A model generated the notes under the pieces. It was not told the DNA's origin, did not search any database, and saw only the letters and a list, made by a program, of their open reading frames with translations. This document shows positions 17,951 through 27,372 of a stretch of DNA of 64,000 nucleotides, piece by piece. How positions within the stretch are numbered: position 1 is the stretch's first letter; the number at the start of each line of letters is the position of its first letter. This stretch comes from Candidatus Hadarchaeota archaeon (GTDB lineage Archaea > CAYQAE01 > CAYVLA01). The translations under genes were made by a program, and so were the position numbers. Location: assembly GCA_964621445.1 (NCBI GenBank), contig CAZUNO010000009.1:35263-99262 (forward strand), in the 5' to 3' direction.

Positions 17951-19843
17951 TCACTGCCCCGGTACATGATATATTATCTTTACTAAATTGCTTACCATAT
18001 ACTTACTTGACAGATCGCTGCCAACAACCCTCAGAGGCCCCTCATCCTCAGGCAGAACCTCGCCATCCTTCTTGTAAGCAAGAATGATATCATCATTCCT
18101 AGCAACCAGGGTGCTGTTCAAAGTCCTCGAATAACCATCACCAGCAATGACCTCAACACCATAACCCCCAGCAGCCAGATCATCATCAAAAAGATAATGA
18201 CCCTCCGGATCCATCTTACCATCCACAATACTAAGCACAACCCACAAAGGAAAACCAGAATACATATGAGTCTCATCATGCATAGTAACCTCCACCGAGG
18301 TACGATGAGTCCCACAAGTGGCACCGGAGATGAAAGAAGACCTGTTCAACACAGCATTCACACTACCCGAAAGCTCGACATCCCAATCCTTAACAGGCTG
18401 GTTTACCACTATTTCGGCAACCTCCTTCACCCAGTAGTGACCATCGGTTATCTGTCCCGAATCGCCAACGTAACCAAGGCGGAGAGGACCTCCGCTGAAA
18501 TCACTGCTTCCGTCCATTTCATAGATCAACACTCCATCAACACCCCCCATCCCGGTTTCCGTGCCCTGGCTATCATAGGTGATAACCTGACCCTCGATCT
18601 CCTCGTGGGAAAGCATCATGCTATAGCCATCTGAGGCAATAACCTCCACGCTGTAATTTGCTGGCAGGTCTCCGGTCATTTCTATTAGAGGCTCTATGGG
18701 AGCCCCAACCACCTCGTAGGGTCCCCGAACTGTTCCTGTGACCTTCTTGAATCCCGCACTTCCCTCAATGTTCTCCATTCTGATTATGTCCGAAAGGAAC
18801 AGTTGCTTAGTCTTCTCACCCTCTACCTTTAACTTCCACAGGGTGTAGAACTCAATGCTATCCACGTCCTCAACCAAGATGCCCTCTCCCACCAAAGCGG
18901 GGGCAGCTAGGGAATCTCCATCGGCCATCTGGGCAATAATCATCTGACTTTCAGACAGGGCCCTGCTATCCAGGCTAGTACTGTTGGCCCCTGAAACCCT
19001 TACCTCATAGCCACTTTGCGCATAACTAAGGTTGAAAGTGGAGTCACCTATTTTGGGACCACCATCCACCAGGCCAAGAATCCTGGATATCTCCAGGCCA
19101 CTCCAACTTGTCCCCGACGCTCTTGTGATGTTGGTTAGATTTCCGTACGAAAGTGATTCAAATTCCGACCTCGACAGGTCCATGGAACGGCTCCCGTTTA
19201 ACGTCATCGTCCATTCGGTTTCCGGCGACCGCTCTCGCGTAATCTCGAATTTCCACGTGTCTCTAACCAAACGGGATCCAGCTGATGGATTTACGAAATA
19301 TCCATGACCAGCTCCCGATGTGTATCTCACGTCGATATTACTCAGATCCCCGTCTTCAGGTAAGAACACCGTTCTAGGGCCTTTCTCCCAACCGGGTATA
19401 TCCTCTCCATCGAGGGAGAATGCGAGTATGAAATCCCCCTGAAGACTCTCCCAGTATGGGCTTGGATAAACGTTATAATAGTTATACTCCTGAAAATACC
19501 CGTCGGTACTGGAAATGGTCAGTATGTCACCAGGTTCCATGCCCCCGACCTTTTCTACCAGTTCCGAGATCTTAACCCCTTCAAAGGTCGACGATTCTCC
19601 CCAATTACCGAGTCGATTCTCGTATCGCATATCACCGGACATGGAATCCATATCCTTGAGCTCACTAAAGTCGAGGATAACCTCCGATCCCTCTCTCCCT
19701 ATCAAGGTAATGTTTGCATAGGTCTTGTTCTCCGATTCCGAGGGACCGGAAAATAGGAACCAGACGAATCCTCCTCCTATTATTACTATGGCTACCAATA
19801 TGAGGGCTAGTTGCTTTCCATTTTGATCTCCGTTACCAGACAT
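17951..19843 (-). CDS. Membrane-anchored protein with four Oxidored_molyb (sulfite-oxidase-fold)-like repeats
   Basis: N-terminal TM; repeated FEGVKISEL/WSGLEI/VVGAPI/YSGFPL, (S/G)DGY, ILA(F/Y)xxDG and GP(L)R motifs; RBS GGTGTGA before ATG 19843. Confidence 0.75.
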   Translation of the reverse strand: MSGNGDQNGKQLALILVAIVIIGGGFVWFLFSGPSESENKTYANITLIGREGSEVILDFSELKDMDSMSGDMRYENRLGNWGESSTFEGVKISELVEKVGGMEPGDILTISSTDGYFQEYNYYNVYPSPYWESLQGDFILAFSLDGEDIPGWEKGPRTVFLPEDGDLSNIDVRYTSGAGHGYFVNPSAGSRLVRDTWKFEITRERSPETEWTMTLNGSRSMDLSRSEFESLSYGNLTNITRASGTSWSGLEISRILGLVDGGPKIGDSTFNLSYAQSGYEVRVSGANSTSLDSRALSESQMIIAQMADGDSLAAPALVGEGILVEDVDSIEFYTLWKLKVEGEKTKQLFLSDIIRMENIEGSAGFKKVTGTVRGPYEVVGAPIEPLIEMTGDLPANYSVEVIASDGYSMMLSHEEIEGQVITYDSQGTETGMGGVDGVLIYEMDGSSDFSGGPLRLGYVGDSGQITDGHYWVKEVAEIVVNQPVKDWDVELSGSVNAVLNRSSFISGATCGTHRTSVEVTMHDETHMYSGFPLWVVLSIVDGKMDPEGHYLFDDDLAAGGYGVEVIAGDGYSRTLNSTLVARNDDIILAYKKDGEVLPEDEGPLRVVGSDLSSKYMVSNLVKIIYHVPGQ

Positions 19844-19849
19844 GATCAC

Positions 19850-19891
19850 ACCGATATGCACGGCCATGCATAACGGTCTTTAAACTCTTTC
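19850..19891 (-). promoter_or_regulatory. BRE/TATA promoter with ModE-box-like operator overlapping the predicted start site
   Basis: Inverted repeat ACCGATATGCA-N6-TGCATAACGGT (19850-19877, 1 mismatch) directly downstream of GAAAGAGTTTAAA. Confidence 0.65.
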
Positions 19892-20029
19892 CTACCAGTT
19901 AGGTTTGGCTCCATATCGATCATCAATGAAGGAATCCGCCATCTTTTTGAACTTCTCACAAGCGACCGGATCATCTTCAACAATGCTTTTTACCATTTCA
20001 ACTCCTCCACCAGCCCATCATTTCACCGG

Positions 20030-20407
20030 ATGCGTGTAAAGAAAATGAAGCACCCATTGGTTGGCATCGGAGCGGCGGGAATCGTATCCACACTTGCCTT
20101 TACGCTCTTCATTCTGCCCCAGTCTCCGTCCTTCGAGGTGGGGGATGTAGTCGACACTACCATTCTTCTGAGTCTCGGATTCACCGCTCTACTTGCAGTT
20201 GGTTTGGCCAGGATGGCTAGAGGGATAAACCCCAGGAACCAGGGCCAGTCACCCTCAACCGCGGGTTGGTCAACGAGGTGCCCGGATTGTGGTCGATTCA
20301 TTGAAAGAAGGAGAACCTACTGCCCCCAATGCGGCGCTGATCTAAGGTTTGAGAGGGGAAATCCGCCGCGATCCCTGGCCTGCGAAAATTCAGATGATTC
20401 TGGTTAA
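20030..20407 (+). CDS. Two-TM protein with C-terminal Zn ribbon
   Basis: Two hydrophobic segments; CPDCG...CPQCG. Confidence 0.65.
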   Translation: MRVKKMKHPLVGIGAAGIVSTLAFTLFILPQSPSFEVGDVVDTTILLSLGFTALLAVGLARMARGINPRNQGQSPSTAGWSTRCPDCGRFIERRRTYCPQCGADLRFERGNPPRSLACENSDDSG

Positions 20408-21781
20408 AGGTAGATCGGATCTGGCAATCGGCCTGAATTTGCTTCTCATTCTGATATTCTCAGGAGGGCAATCAATGTCCTGCAGAACGGAGAGAAATTC
20501 TCCATGTGCCGACCTTGCATCCTCTTCACGCCACTCCATGAGGTTACATTCCTCCCCAGGATCGTTCCCCAGGTCAAAATATTCGCTTTCACACTCATCT
20601 CCACCATATACATAGAGGTAATTGGAGGTCCTAAGAGATGTGGGAGGCCGAACTTCGCGGTCCTGAACATAGGTATGACTCGACACCGCCCATTCTCTAC
20701 CCCTTTGGTTCCCACGGACCACCGGAAGCATGGATATTCCCTGTACGGTTTCCGGGATCGATGCTCCAGCTGCATCCAGTATGGTTGGCATAAGGTCTGG
20801 TGGCTGGAAGAATGCGGGACATGATCCCGGTTTTAGTCCGGGCATCCTTATGATCAAGGGGATATGGGAGATCGTCCCGTACAGGGGCCACCTCCTGGTT
20901 ATCCGGTTCTCCCTGTCAAGTTCCACCTTTCCTATAAAACCATGCTCACCATGATAGAAACCATGATCGCTAGTGAGGATGATGCAGGTTTCATCATATA
21001 TACCCATGCCCTTCAAGGTGTCCAGGAGATGCCCGACCCATCGATCAACAAGACTCACTTCCCCGGCGTACATGAACATCATGTGCTTTATCTCTGAGCT
21101 AGTCGCGTAATCCGATGACTCGTATGCGGGTTCGAAAAGCTCCTGCCCTTCATATCCGGGATCATATTGATCTATATAGTATCTCGGAGGGTTCCAGGGC
21201 TCGTGTGGATCAAAAGTATCGACGGAAAGGAAGAAGGTGTCATCCAAGGAATGTATTTTCTCCAGCAGGCAGGAAGCTCGTCTCATAGTCCTCGCAACGA
21301 ACCGATCCTCCTCGCATTTCCACGTGGATTCCACCTTCTTGATCCTTCGTAGCCTCTCCAAAGGCACTCTGAGCTTCCTCTTTTCGGCAGGAAGGTCGAT
21401 TGCGCCCCCCTCTTCGACCTCAACTCCATGCCCGGCCTGCCCTTCTATCAATTCGAATTGCTGAAATCCTCTCCTGTGGGGTGAGTTTGATGGCGTGTCG
21501 GTAATCATGCCAGTTTGGAATCCATCCTTCTGAAGGATCTCAGGTAGCACAGCGTGGCTCGGATCCCAGGTATCTCGCCAACTTAGGTAGGGAAAGGTGA
21601 ACCTCCCGGAATACAGGTCCCTTCTCATTGGGCCAGTGGGAAAACTGGCTGCAAAGAAGTTGGTGAATGTCACCGATTCTCGGGCCAAGGAGTCTATCCG
21701 CGGGGTTCTTATCCAAGTGTTGCCATAGCAGCTCAAATAGTCCTGTCGAAGCGAATCGCAGACGATAAGCAGGATATTCAT
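20390..21781 (-). CDS. Sulfatase-like hydrolase (alkaline phosphatase superfamily) with Thr at the nucleophile position
   Basis: NILLIVCDSLR, TPRIDSLA, FDPHEPW, TSDHG; signature reads TGPMR instead of (C/S)xPxR. Confidence 0.85.
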   Translation of the reverse strand: MNILLIVCDSLRQDYLSCYGNTWIRTPRIDSLARESVTFTNFFAASFPTGPMRRDLYSGRFTFPYLSWRDTWDPSHAVLPEILQKDGFQTGMITDTPSNSPHRRGFQQFELIEGQAGHGVEVEEGGAIDLPAEKRKLRVPLERLRRIKKVESTWKCEEDRFVARTMRRASCLLEKIHSLDDTFFLSVDTFDPHEPWNPPRYYIDQYDPGYEGQELFEPAYESSDYATSSEIKHMMFMYAGEVSLVDRWVGHLLDTLKGMGIYDETCIILTSDHGFYHGEHGFIGKVELDRENRITRRWPLYGTISHIPLIIRMPGLKPGSCPAFFQPPDLMPTILDAAGASIPETVQGISMLPVVRGNQRGREWAVSSHTYVQDREVRPPTSLRTSNYLYVYGGDECESEYFDLGNDPGEECNLMEWREEDARSAHGEFLSVLQDIDCPPENIRMRSKFRPIARSDLPLTRII

Positions 21782-21834
21782 TCAAATCACTCCTATACAG
21801 CTATCATAAATCTCAAAAGAAGACGAGACCGTCA

Positions 21835-22698
21835 TCACATCTCCTTGAGTGCCCTTAAACGGGATTGAATCTGGGAGATATGCTTATCTCTCGCTTCCTG
21901 CCGCATAGATGTCGCCTTCACCGTGTAGAGCTTGTCCAGAAACTGGCGCCTTGAATGGAGTTTCATGAACTCTCTAAAATCCATTTTCTCAGGGATGGCC
22001 CTTCCGCAAGTAGAACAGAGTTCCCTTTCCCTGACCCAGGTGCCGCAGAAAGGACATGTGCCGAGCTTGTTTGGCGATACCTCATCCATGGGCAGATCAT
22101 TTTCTATATTCTCGATATCCATGCCAAGGGATCTAACCACTAGTTCACACAGAAAAAATGTCTCATTGTGAAGAAAGGTCATCGAGTAGGTGAAGTTCTC
22201 ATCTCTCATCGGCCTTCCACTGGTAAGAAAAGACCATCTTCTAGCCTCCTCTTTCGATATCTGTTCGGGGACAAGTGTCAGGTCGGTTACGAGGGAGGTG
22301 ATGCCCTGCTTTTCAAGTATCCTGGAAATAACATACTCCAGGTGGTAGTAACATCGGATATCTCCATTAATCTCCACCGACATGGTATCCATCTGGACCC
22401 TGTGGTATCTCTTGAACTCCAAAACCAGGTTTTCCCTAACTTCCTCCCCCAAGAGAAATTCATGCTTTATCTTTGCCCGGATCTTACGAGGAATAATGCC
22501 TTTGGTCTCCCCCTCATCCTTACCCTCGCCTTCTCTCTCAAATGCAGGAACAAGGGTCTCCGTGGACCCTCTTTGACACTCCAAACACTTCCCTCCAAAT
22601 CCATGCGCCGGACAAAACCACCTGCCGCATTGACATTTTTTGAGATCAAAATCATTCCCACAGGCATAGCATTTTCTTCCCTTTCCAAAGAGCCTCAA
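21835..22698 (-). CDS. Hypothetical protein with N-terminal AN1-like Zn finger and C-terminal Zn ribbon
   Basis: CYAC..CQCGRWFCPAH..CLEC; CPFCG..CSTCG. Confidence 0.65.
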   Translation of the reverse strand: MRLFGKGRKCYACGNDFDLKKCQCGRWFCPAHGFGGKCLECQRGSTETLVPAFEREGEGKDEGETKGIIPRKIRAKIKHEFLLGEEVRENLVLEFKRYHRVQMDTMSVEINGDIRCYYHLEYVISRILEKQGITSLVTDLTLVPEQISKEEARRWSFLTSGRPMRDENFTYSMTFLHNETFFLCELVVRSLGMDIENIENDLPMDEVSPNKLGTCPFCGTWVRERELCSTCGRAIPEKMDFREFMKLHSRRQFLDKLYTVKATSMRQEARDKHISQIQSRLRALKEM

Positions 22699-22792
22699 AG
22701 GAATACCACTCTAGATAAGGCTTCCTCCAATAAGAATTCCCCTTTCAACCGGGCCGGTATAGGTTTGAGTCAATGGTGGAACAGTTTACAGA

Positions 22793-23653
22793 TCACACGG
22801 GAAGACTTCTTATCGGCACATGATGGGTATCCATGGCGAATGCCTCCCCCCGGTAGGAATAGATTAAGGCGCCCCGTTGGTCTGCAACCGCTTTGGTCCA
22901 CCGTTTGTAGCTGTCAATGTCCTCAACCGTTTCCGCGTAAGCATTGTCCAGAATCTCCAGCTTCGTCTCATAGGGCTCCCCGCTGATATCGCAAACAACC
23001 ATCGGTGCTTGCACCTGTGATCGGTATTCAAACCTGAAGCTAGGGCTCTCATAGTAGAAAATTCCCATGGGCAGCCATGGACTAAGCACGGGGTCGGCAT
23101 TGGGTCCCTTGAAAAGATCCTTCTCTAGTTGGTCCGAGGTGTAGTACTTTGCCTCCTCCAGGTAGGTGTTGCTGCCAGCGTGGTAAACCGACTCCAATAC
23201 TGCCTCCGATACCGCCCGGTGAGTCCGGTGCCTATCCTCCGGGTGAGGTAAGAAGACCCATTGAGGGCGGATCTCCCGCATCTTGTTTGCTAACTTGCCG
23301 ATTATCTCGTCATTAAACCCGGAATCGATATCGAAGTCAAGACACCTAGAATTAACCTCATCACACCCCAGGGACTGGAGTGCCTTGTCGAATTCCTCCA
23401 GCCTTCTCTTCTCGGCGCCCTTGACAAGAAGAACGATGATCTGGGATCCGTGGAACCTTGCGTATTTGTATATCATCCCCCCACATGAGATGGTTTCGTC
23501 GTCCGGGTGAGGAGAAAAAACCAGTATCCTCTCGGGCACCAGGATGGGAATCTCTTCGTACTCCCTTCCAAAAACCTTGGCAGCACCCGGATTAAAGTTC
23601 ACCCTTATGGTCTTGAATGGCTTGAAACTCAACGGATCATCTCCTGAATTCAA
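22793..23653 (-). CDS. PIG-L/LmbE-family N-deacetylase
   Basis: SPHPDDETISCGG, RRLEE, PHPEDRHRTH metal motifs. Confidence 0.85.
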   Translation of the reverse strand: MNSGDDPLSFKPFKTIRVNFNPGAAKVFGREYEEIPILVPERILVFSPHPDDETISCGGMIYKYARFHGSQIIVLLVKGAEKRRLEEFDKALQSLGCDEVNSRCLDFDIDSGFNDEIIGKLANKMREIRPQWVFLPHPEDRHRTHRAVSEAVLESVYHAGSNTYLEEAKYYTSDQLEKDLFKGPNADPVLSPWLPMGIFYYESPSFRFEYRSQVQAPMVVCDISGEPYETKLEILDNAYAETVEDIDSYKRWTKAVADQRGALIYSYRGEAFAMDTHHVPIRSLPV

Positions 23654-23865
23654 CCCTCCCTTTGTTTTCTCCCCTTAATGAGTTTACCCATCCTCTCATG
23701 CAGAAATAAGCCGTAGACGATTAGACCCAGACCAATTATGAAGAGTATGTAAAGGACCACGGTTATCGCCCCCTCGTAATCACCAGCCCTTCCCTTCATG
23801 AGCAAGGCCATTATTATACCCAGGATAAGGAACAGTCCCAGCTCCTGAAGTTCCTTCGGGTCCAA
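23650..23865 (-). CDS. Small two-TM membrane protein
   Basis: Two hydrophobic helices; overlaps the deacetylase start (coupled). Confidence 0.6.
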   Translation of the reverse strand: MDPKELQELGLFLILGIIMALLMKGRAGDYEGAITVVLYILFIIGLGLIVYGLFLHERMGKLIKGRKQREG

Positions 23866-23974
23866 GGCAATTACCGGTTGTCTCTCTGTCCTATTGTATA
23901 TATTTTCATCCTCCCGGATGGTCCCCGAAACGGGTCCGATAAATTATTATTCGGACACCCAGGTTCTTCCAGTG

Positions 23975-25071
23975 ATGGATACAGTTTTAGGTCTGATTTT
24001 AGTGGCCGTCGCAACCTCTCTGGGGTGGGGACTTAGAGGTGAGTGGGGTCACTGGTGGGGGGCGACGGTTCCCGGTGCCTTCTGTGGAATGTCACTATGG
24101 CTGGGCTTCGGCACGGTGAGCAATGGTTGGCAGATGATCGTTCTAGGTGCGGTTATGGCCGTAAGCCTATCCCTTGGAGGCGTTCTCAGCTATGGACGCA
24201 TAGTGGGATATGTAAAGGGGCAACATGATAGGCCTCCCCTATTCGGAGTCCTGGCCCTATTTCTGGTCGGGGGACTCTGGGGTTTCTTCGGCGGAACTGC
24301 CCTGGGGCTGATAGCCTCAGAAAAGGATTATGTCTTCGGGGATATGGCACTGTGGGCGGTTTTGTCCTCCATAGCCGCTTTTGGCTGCTATAAGCTACTG
24401 GTAAAAGGTCTTGACCTCCACCTCTCCCCACCCCGCAGTGATGCATGGGCACCGGTTCTAGGTGCCGCCCTGGGCACCCTGGCCTTCTTCATGATCTATC
24501 CCGGGGACTGGTTGGTTGTAGGATTCGGCCTCATAGGCTGGGCTGGCTTCGGAGGGGGATTCTCCCTGGGATCATTGATTCATCGCTTCTGCCATAATGC
24601 TGGATTGGATGTCGACTCCTGGAAATTCATGGAGCACAGCGTAGGATTCTGGGGAGGTCTCTCCCTTGGAATTGCAGCCTTTCTAAACAACGGGTTGGTC
24701 AAATGCCCACCAGCCCCCCGGTCCTACTTACCGCCGGTCTGGTTGCAATATGGTTGGTGCCCTACATGAATATAACGGATAACGTTCGGTACTGGTCAAT
24801 GGAAAGGGAATGGATTACACGCCGTTGGTATACAATATTCCAGGTCTTTGCTCTTCTCTCCCTGATTCCATTTCTATATGTGCTTCAATTGGCCTTAACG
24901 GCATGGAGTGGTCTGAACCACCTAAACATGATAATTACGGCCATGATCTGGTTCTTTGTATTGATGGCCATGGCGAAATTCAGATTTAAGATCAGGGGAA
25001 AACGGATCCTGGTTAACGGAACTTTCATCATCCAGGCCGCTTTATGCACCGTGATAATCTGGGTCCTATGA
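23975..25071 (+). pseudogene. Multi-pass membrane protein interrupted by a frameshift near 24701-24703 (true pseudogene or sequence error)
   Basis: ORF1 (GWGLRGEWGH...SWKFMEHSVGF) loses TM character after GLVK; ORF2 continues with TM helices; one extra A in the AAA run fuses them. Confidence 0.6.
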
Positions 25072-25112
25072 TCTCGATCCGAGGAGATTTAAGTGCCTGA
25101 CACAATTGTGTC

Positions 25113-26357
25113 TTGATGGTTAATTGGAAATTTTTCATCGTTTTTTTCCTTATCTTTGTGAGCCAGGCTTCCGGCTCTACAGATGTTGATTCCCTGGAGG
25201 TACTCTGCACCGGCCACGCCTCGGGAATGCCCCTAATGGCATCCATACTGAAACGTGAGCCAATGACCGATTCGGTAATAATCCCCACCCGGATTGGGAG
25301 CCACAACGTCAACCTTGATGGATCCACAATTCGGAGATACATGAGGCTCTATTTTCCTAGGACCTTCCAAGACTTGACCTCCAAATACGAATTCCTTCTT
25401 CTGGAGCAGATAGACAGCAGCTACTTCACCCAGAAACAATTCCAATGGATGAGGAGGGCAGTTGAGGAGGAGGGACTTGGAGGATTACAGGATCGGAGCG
25501 TGATGAGCATGCACCGGGTTTACTCGGATGCTTGGGCACAGTCCCCATTGTCCGACGCCTTTCCAAACGATGCAGATATCGTGGTTGAGGTCGACTATCA
25601 CAGAAATGGTCCTCTGGAGGTCATAATTAACGAGGACCCGGGCATCCCGGATGTGGTGAAACGATATCAGGATGTCCTCAACCTAAACATTGGGGCCTGG
25701 GGCAGCAACCTAATGATCCCCAAAGAGGGCTCCCAAATCTACACCTGGTCCAAGACCGGCCAGTTTCCAGAATTCGCCTTCCCGATAAAGGGCCTTTTCC
25801 CTCATATACTGGGATGGCAGTATGGAAAGGGATATACGTGGTCGGTCCAGGATATACTTGGCTCCAGCTTCTGGCATGAGGGGATCAACCCATATGGAAC
25901 GGACGTAATGATCGCCATGATGATGTACAGCACGGGAAGAAAGCTACCAGAGGATGTCGTCCTTGTCCACAAGCTGAGATCTAGATTTTCAAATTATCTT
26001 GAAAGCAAGAGCTACATTTTCTCGTTGATAGAGTTCGTGGACAAGTTCGGTGCCAACACACAGGATGTCGAGGAGGAGATTCATGCCCTAGATCTCAGGT
26101 GGACCGACTGCAAGGACCTGTACATGCAACAGGCCTATGACGACTCCTGGAATTCCTTGGAAAGCGTTCTCCAGGAACTTAGCACGCTGAGAAAGGAGGC
26201 AATTGAACTAAAGGAGTCCGCCCTGTTCTGGGTCTATGCCACAGAATGGCTAGCCATAACCGGTACATTCCTGATAACAGGCTTCGTGGTCTGGACTCTC
26301 ATGGTTAAGAGGAGGCTTTTCAGGTCCGTTAGTTCCACCAAATTGAAGTCGATCTAG
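25113..26357 (+). CDS. Secreted protein with C-terminal TM anchor, paralog of 30071-31315
   Basis: Signal peptide; IIPTR..RYMRLYFPRT; SDAFPND; helical stalk; LFWVY..EW..TG.FL..GFV.WTLMV. Confidence 0.8.
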   Translation: MMVNWKFFIVFFLIFVSQASGSTDVDSLEVLCTGHASGMPLMASILKREPMTDSVIIPTRIGSHNVNLDGSTIRRYMRLYFPRTFQDLTSKYEFLLLEQIDSSYFTQKQFQWMRRAVEEEGLGGLQDRSVMSMHRVYSDAWAQSPLSDAFPNDADIVVEVDYHRNGPLEVIINEDPGIPDVVKRYQDVLNLNIGAWGSNLMIPKEGSQIYTWSKTGQFPEFAFPIKGLFPHILGWQYGKGYTWSVQDILGSSFWHEGINPYGTDVMIAMMMYSTGRKLPEDVVLVHKLRSRFSNYLESKSYIFSLIEFVDKFGANTQDVEEEIHALDLRWTDCKDLYMQQAYDDSWNSLESVLQELSTLRKEAIELKESALFWVYATEWLAITGTFLITGFVVWTLMVKRRLFRSVSSTKLKSI

Positions 26358-26374
26358 ACAAACCTCGATAAGAG

Positions 26375-26421
26375 TTATATACGAATCGCAGCCAATATTA
26401 TACAAGTTACAGCTTGAATAA
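26375..26421 (+). promoter_or_regulatory. pdxS promoter: TATA box plus inverted-repeat operator
   Basis: TTATATA at 26375-26381; TTATACAAG-N6-CTTGAATAA at 26398-26421; RBS GAGGT. Confidence 0.55.
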
Positions 26422-26432
26422 GAGGTATTAGA

Positions 26433-27335
26433 ATGGCCGAAAAGATCGTAGGAACCGATAGGCTCAAGAGAGGATTTGCCAAGATGCAGAAGGGCGGGGT
26501 AATAATGGATGTCGTCGACGCCGACCAAGCTGGCATCGCCGAGGACGCCGGTGCCGTCGCCGTCATGGCTCTCCATGCCGTTCCCGCCGATATCAGGGCT
26601 GCTGGTGGAGTGGCTAGGATGGCCAACCCAGAGAAGGTTCAGGAGATCATGGACGCGGTCTCCGTACCGGTGATGGCAAAGGTCAGAATAGGGCATTTTG
26701 CCGAGGCCCAGGTGCTGGAGGAAATCGGCGTGGACATGATCGATGAAAGCGAGGTACTTACCCCCGCCGATCAAGCCAACCATATAGATAAGAAGAAATT
26801 TGACATTCCCTTCGTCTGTGGGGCACGGGATCTGGGGGAGGCACTGCGCCGGATAGACGAAGGTGCAGCCATGATACGGACAAAGGGCGAGGCTGGAACC
26901 GGCAACGTGGTCGAGGCTGTCAGGCACATGAGGACGGTTAACAAACAGATAGCGGAACTCAGGGGGCTGGCCGATATCTGCGATGATATTGAACTTTTGG
27001 CCAAGGCTCGAGAATATGGGGCAACCCTGGATCTGGTGAGAGAGGTGGCCAAACTAGGCAGGCTACCCGTCGTCAACTTCGCGGCCGGGGGCATAGCAAC
27101 CCCGGCGGATGCCTCCCTGTGCATGCAGCTCGGTGTGGACGGCGTTTTCGTTGGCAGCGGAATATTCAAGTCCGAATCACCTGAAAAAATGGGCAGTGCC
27201 ATAGTCGAGGCCACCCACAACTACAAGGATCCGAAAATCGTGCTCGATTCATCCAGGTCCCTGGGAGAACCCATGAAGGGCCTGGAGATATCAGACCTGC
27301 CCTCCGATCAAAGGCTTCAGGAAAGAGGCGTATAG
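26433..27335 (+). CDS. pdxS: Pyridoxal 5'-phosphate synthase lyase subunit
   Basis: [53 protein letters not shown]. Confidence 0.97.
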   Translation: MAEKIVGTDRLKRGFAKMQKGGVIMDVVDADQAGIAEDAGAVAVMALHAVPADIRAAGGVARMANPEKVQEIMDAVSVPVMAKVRIGHFAEAQVLEEIGVDMIDESEVLTPADQANHIDKKKFDIPFVCGARDLGEALRRIDEGAAMIRTKGEAGTGNVVEAVRHMRTVNKQIAELRGLADICDDIELLAKAREYGATLDLVREVAKLGRLPVVNFAAGGIATPADASLCMQLGVDGVFVGSGIFKSESPEKMGSAIVEATHNYKDPKIVLDSSRSLGEPMKGLEISDLPSDQRLQERGV

Positions 27336-27372
27336 CTAGGACCCTGTTTTCACGCCCGAGGAGAGGGATTGC

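Noticed and set aside
18011-18403. Diversity-generating retroelement variable region
   Set aside because: A is missing only at synonymous third positions; no template repeat or reverse transcriptase in the window
22168-22986. Long antisense or alternate-frame ORFs (also 3211-3888, 26250-26927, 18197-18634, 57691-58254 and many shorter)
   Set aside because: Shadows of well-supported genes on the other strand or frame with no recognisable motifs; 18197-18634 stays open largely because of the A3-free codon bias
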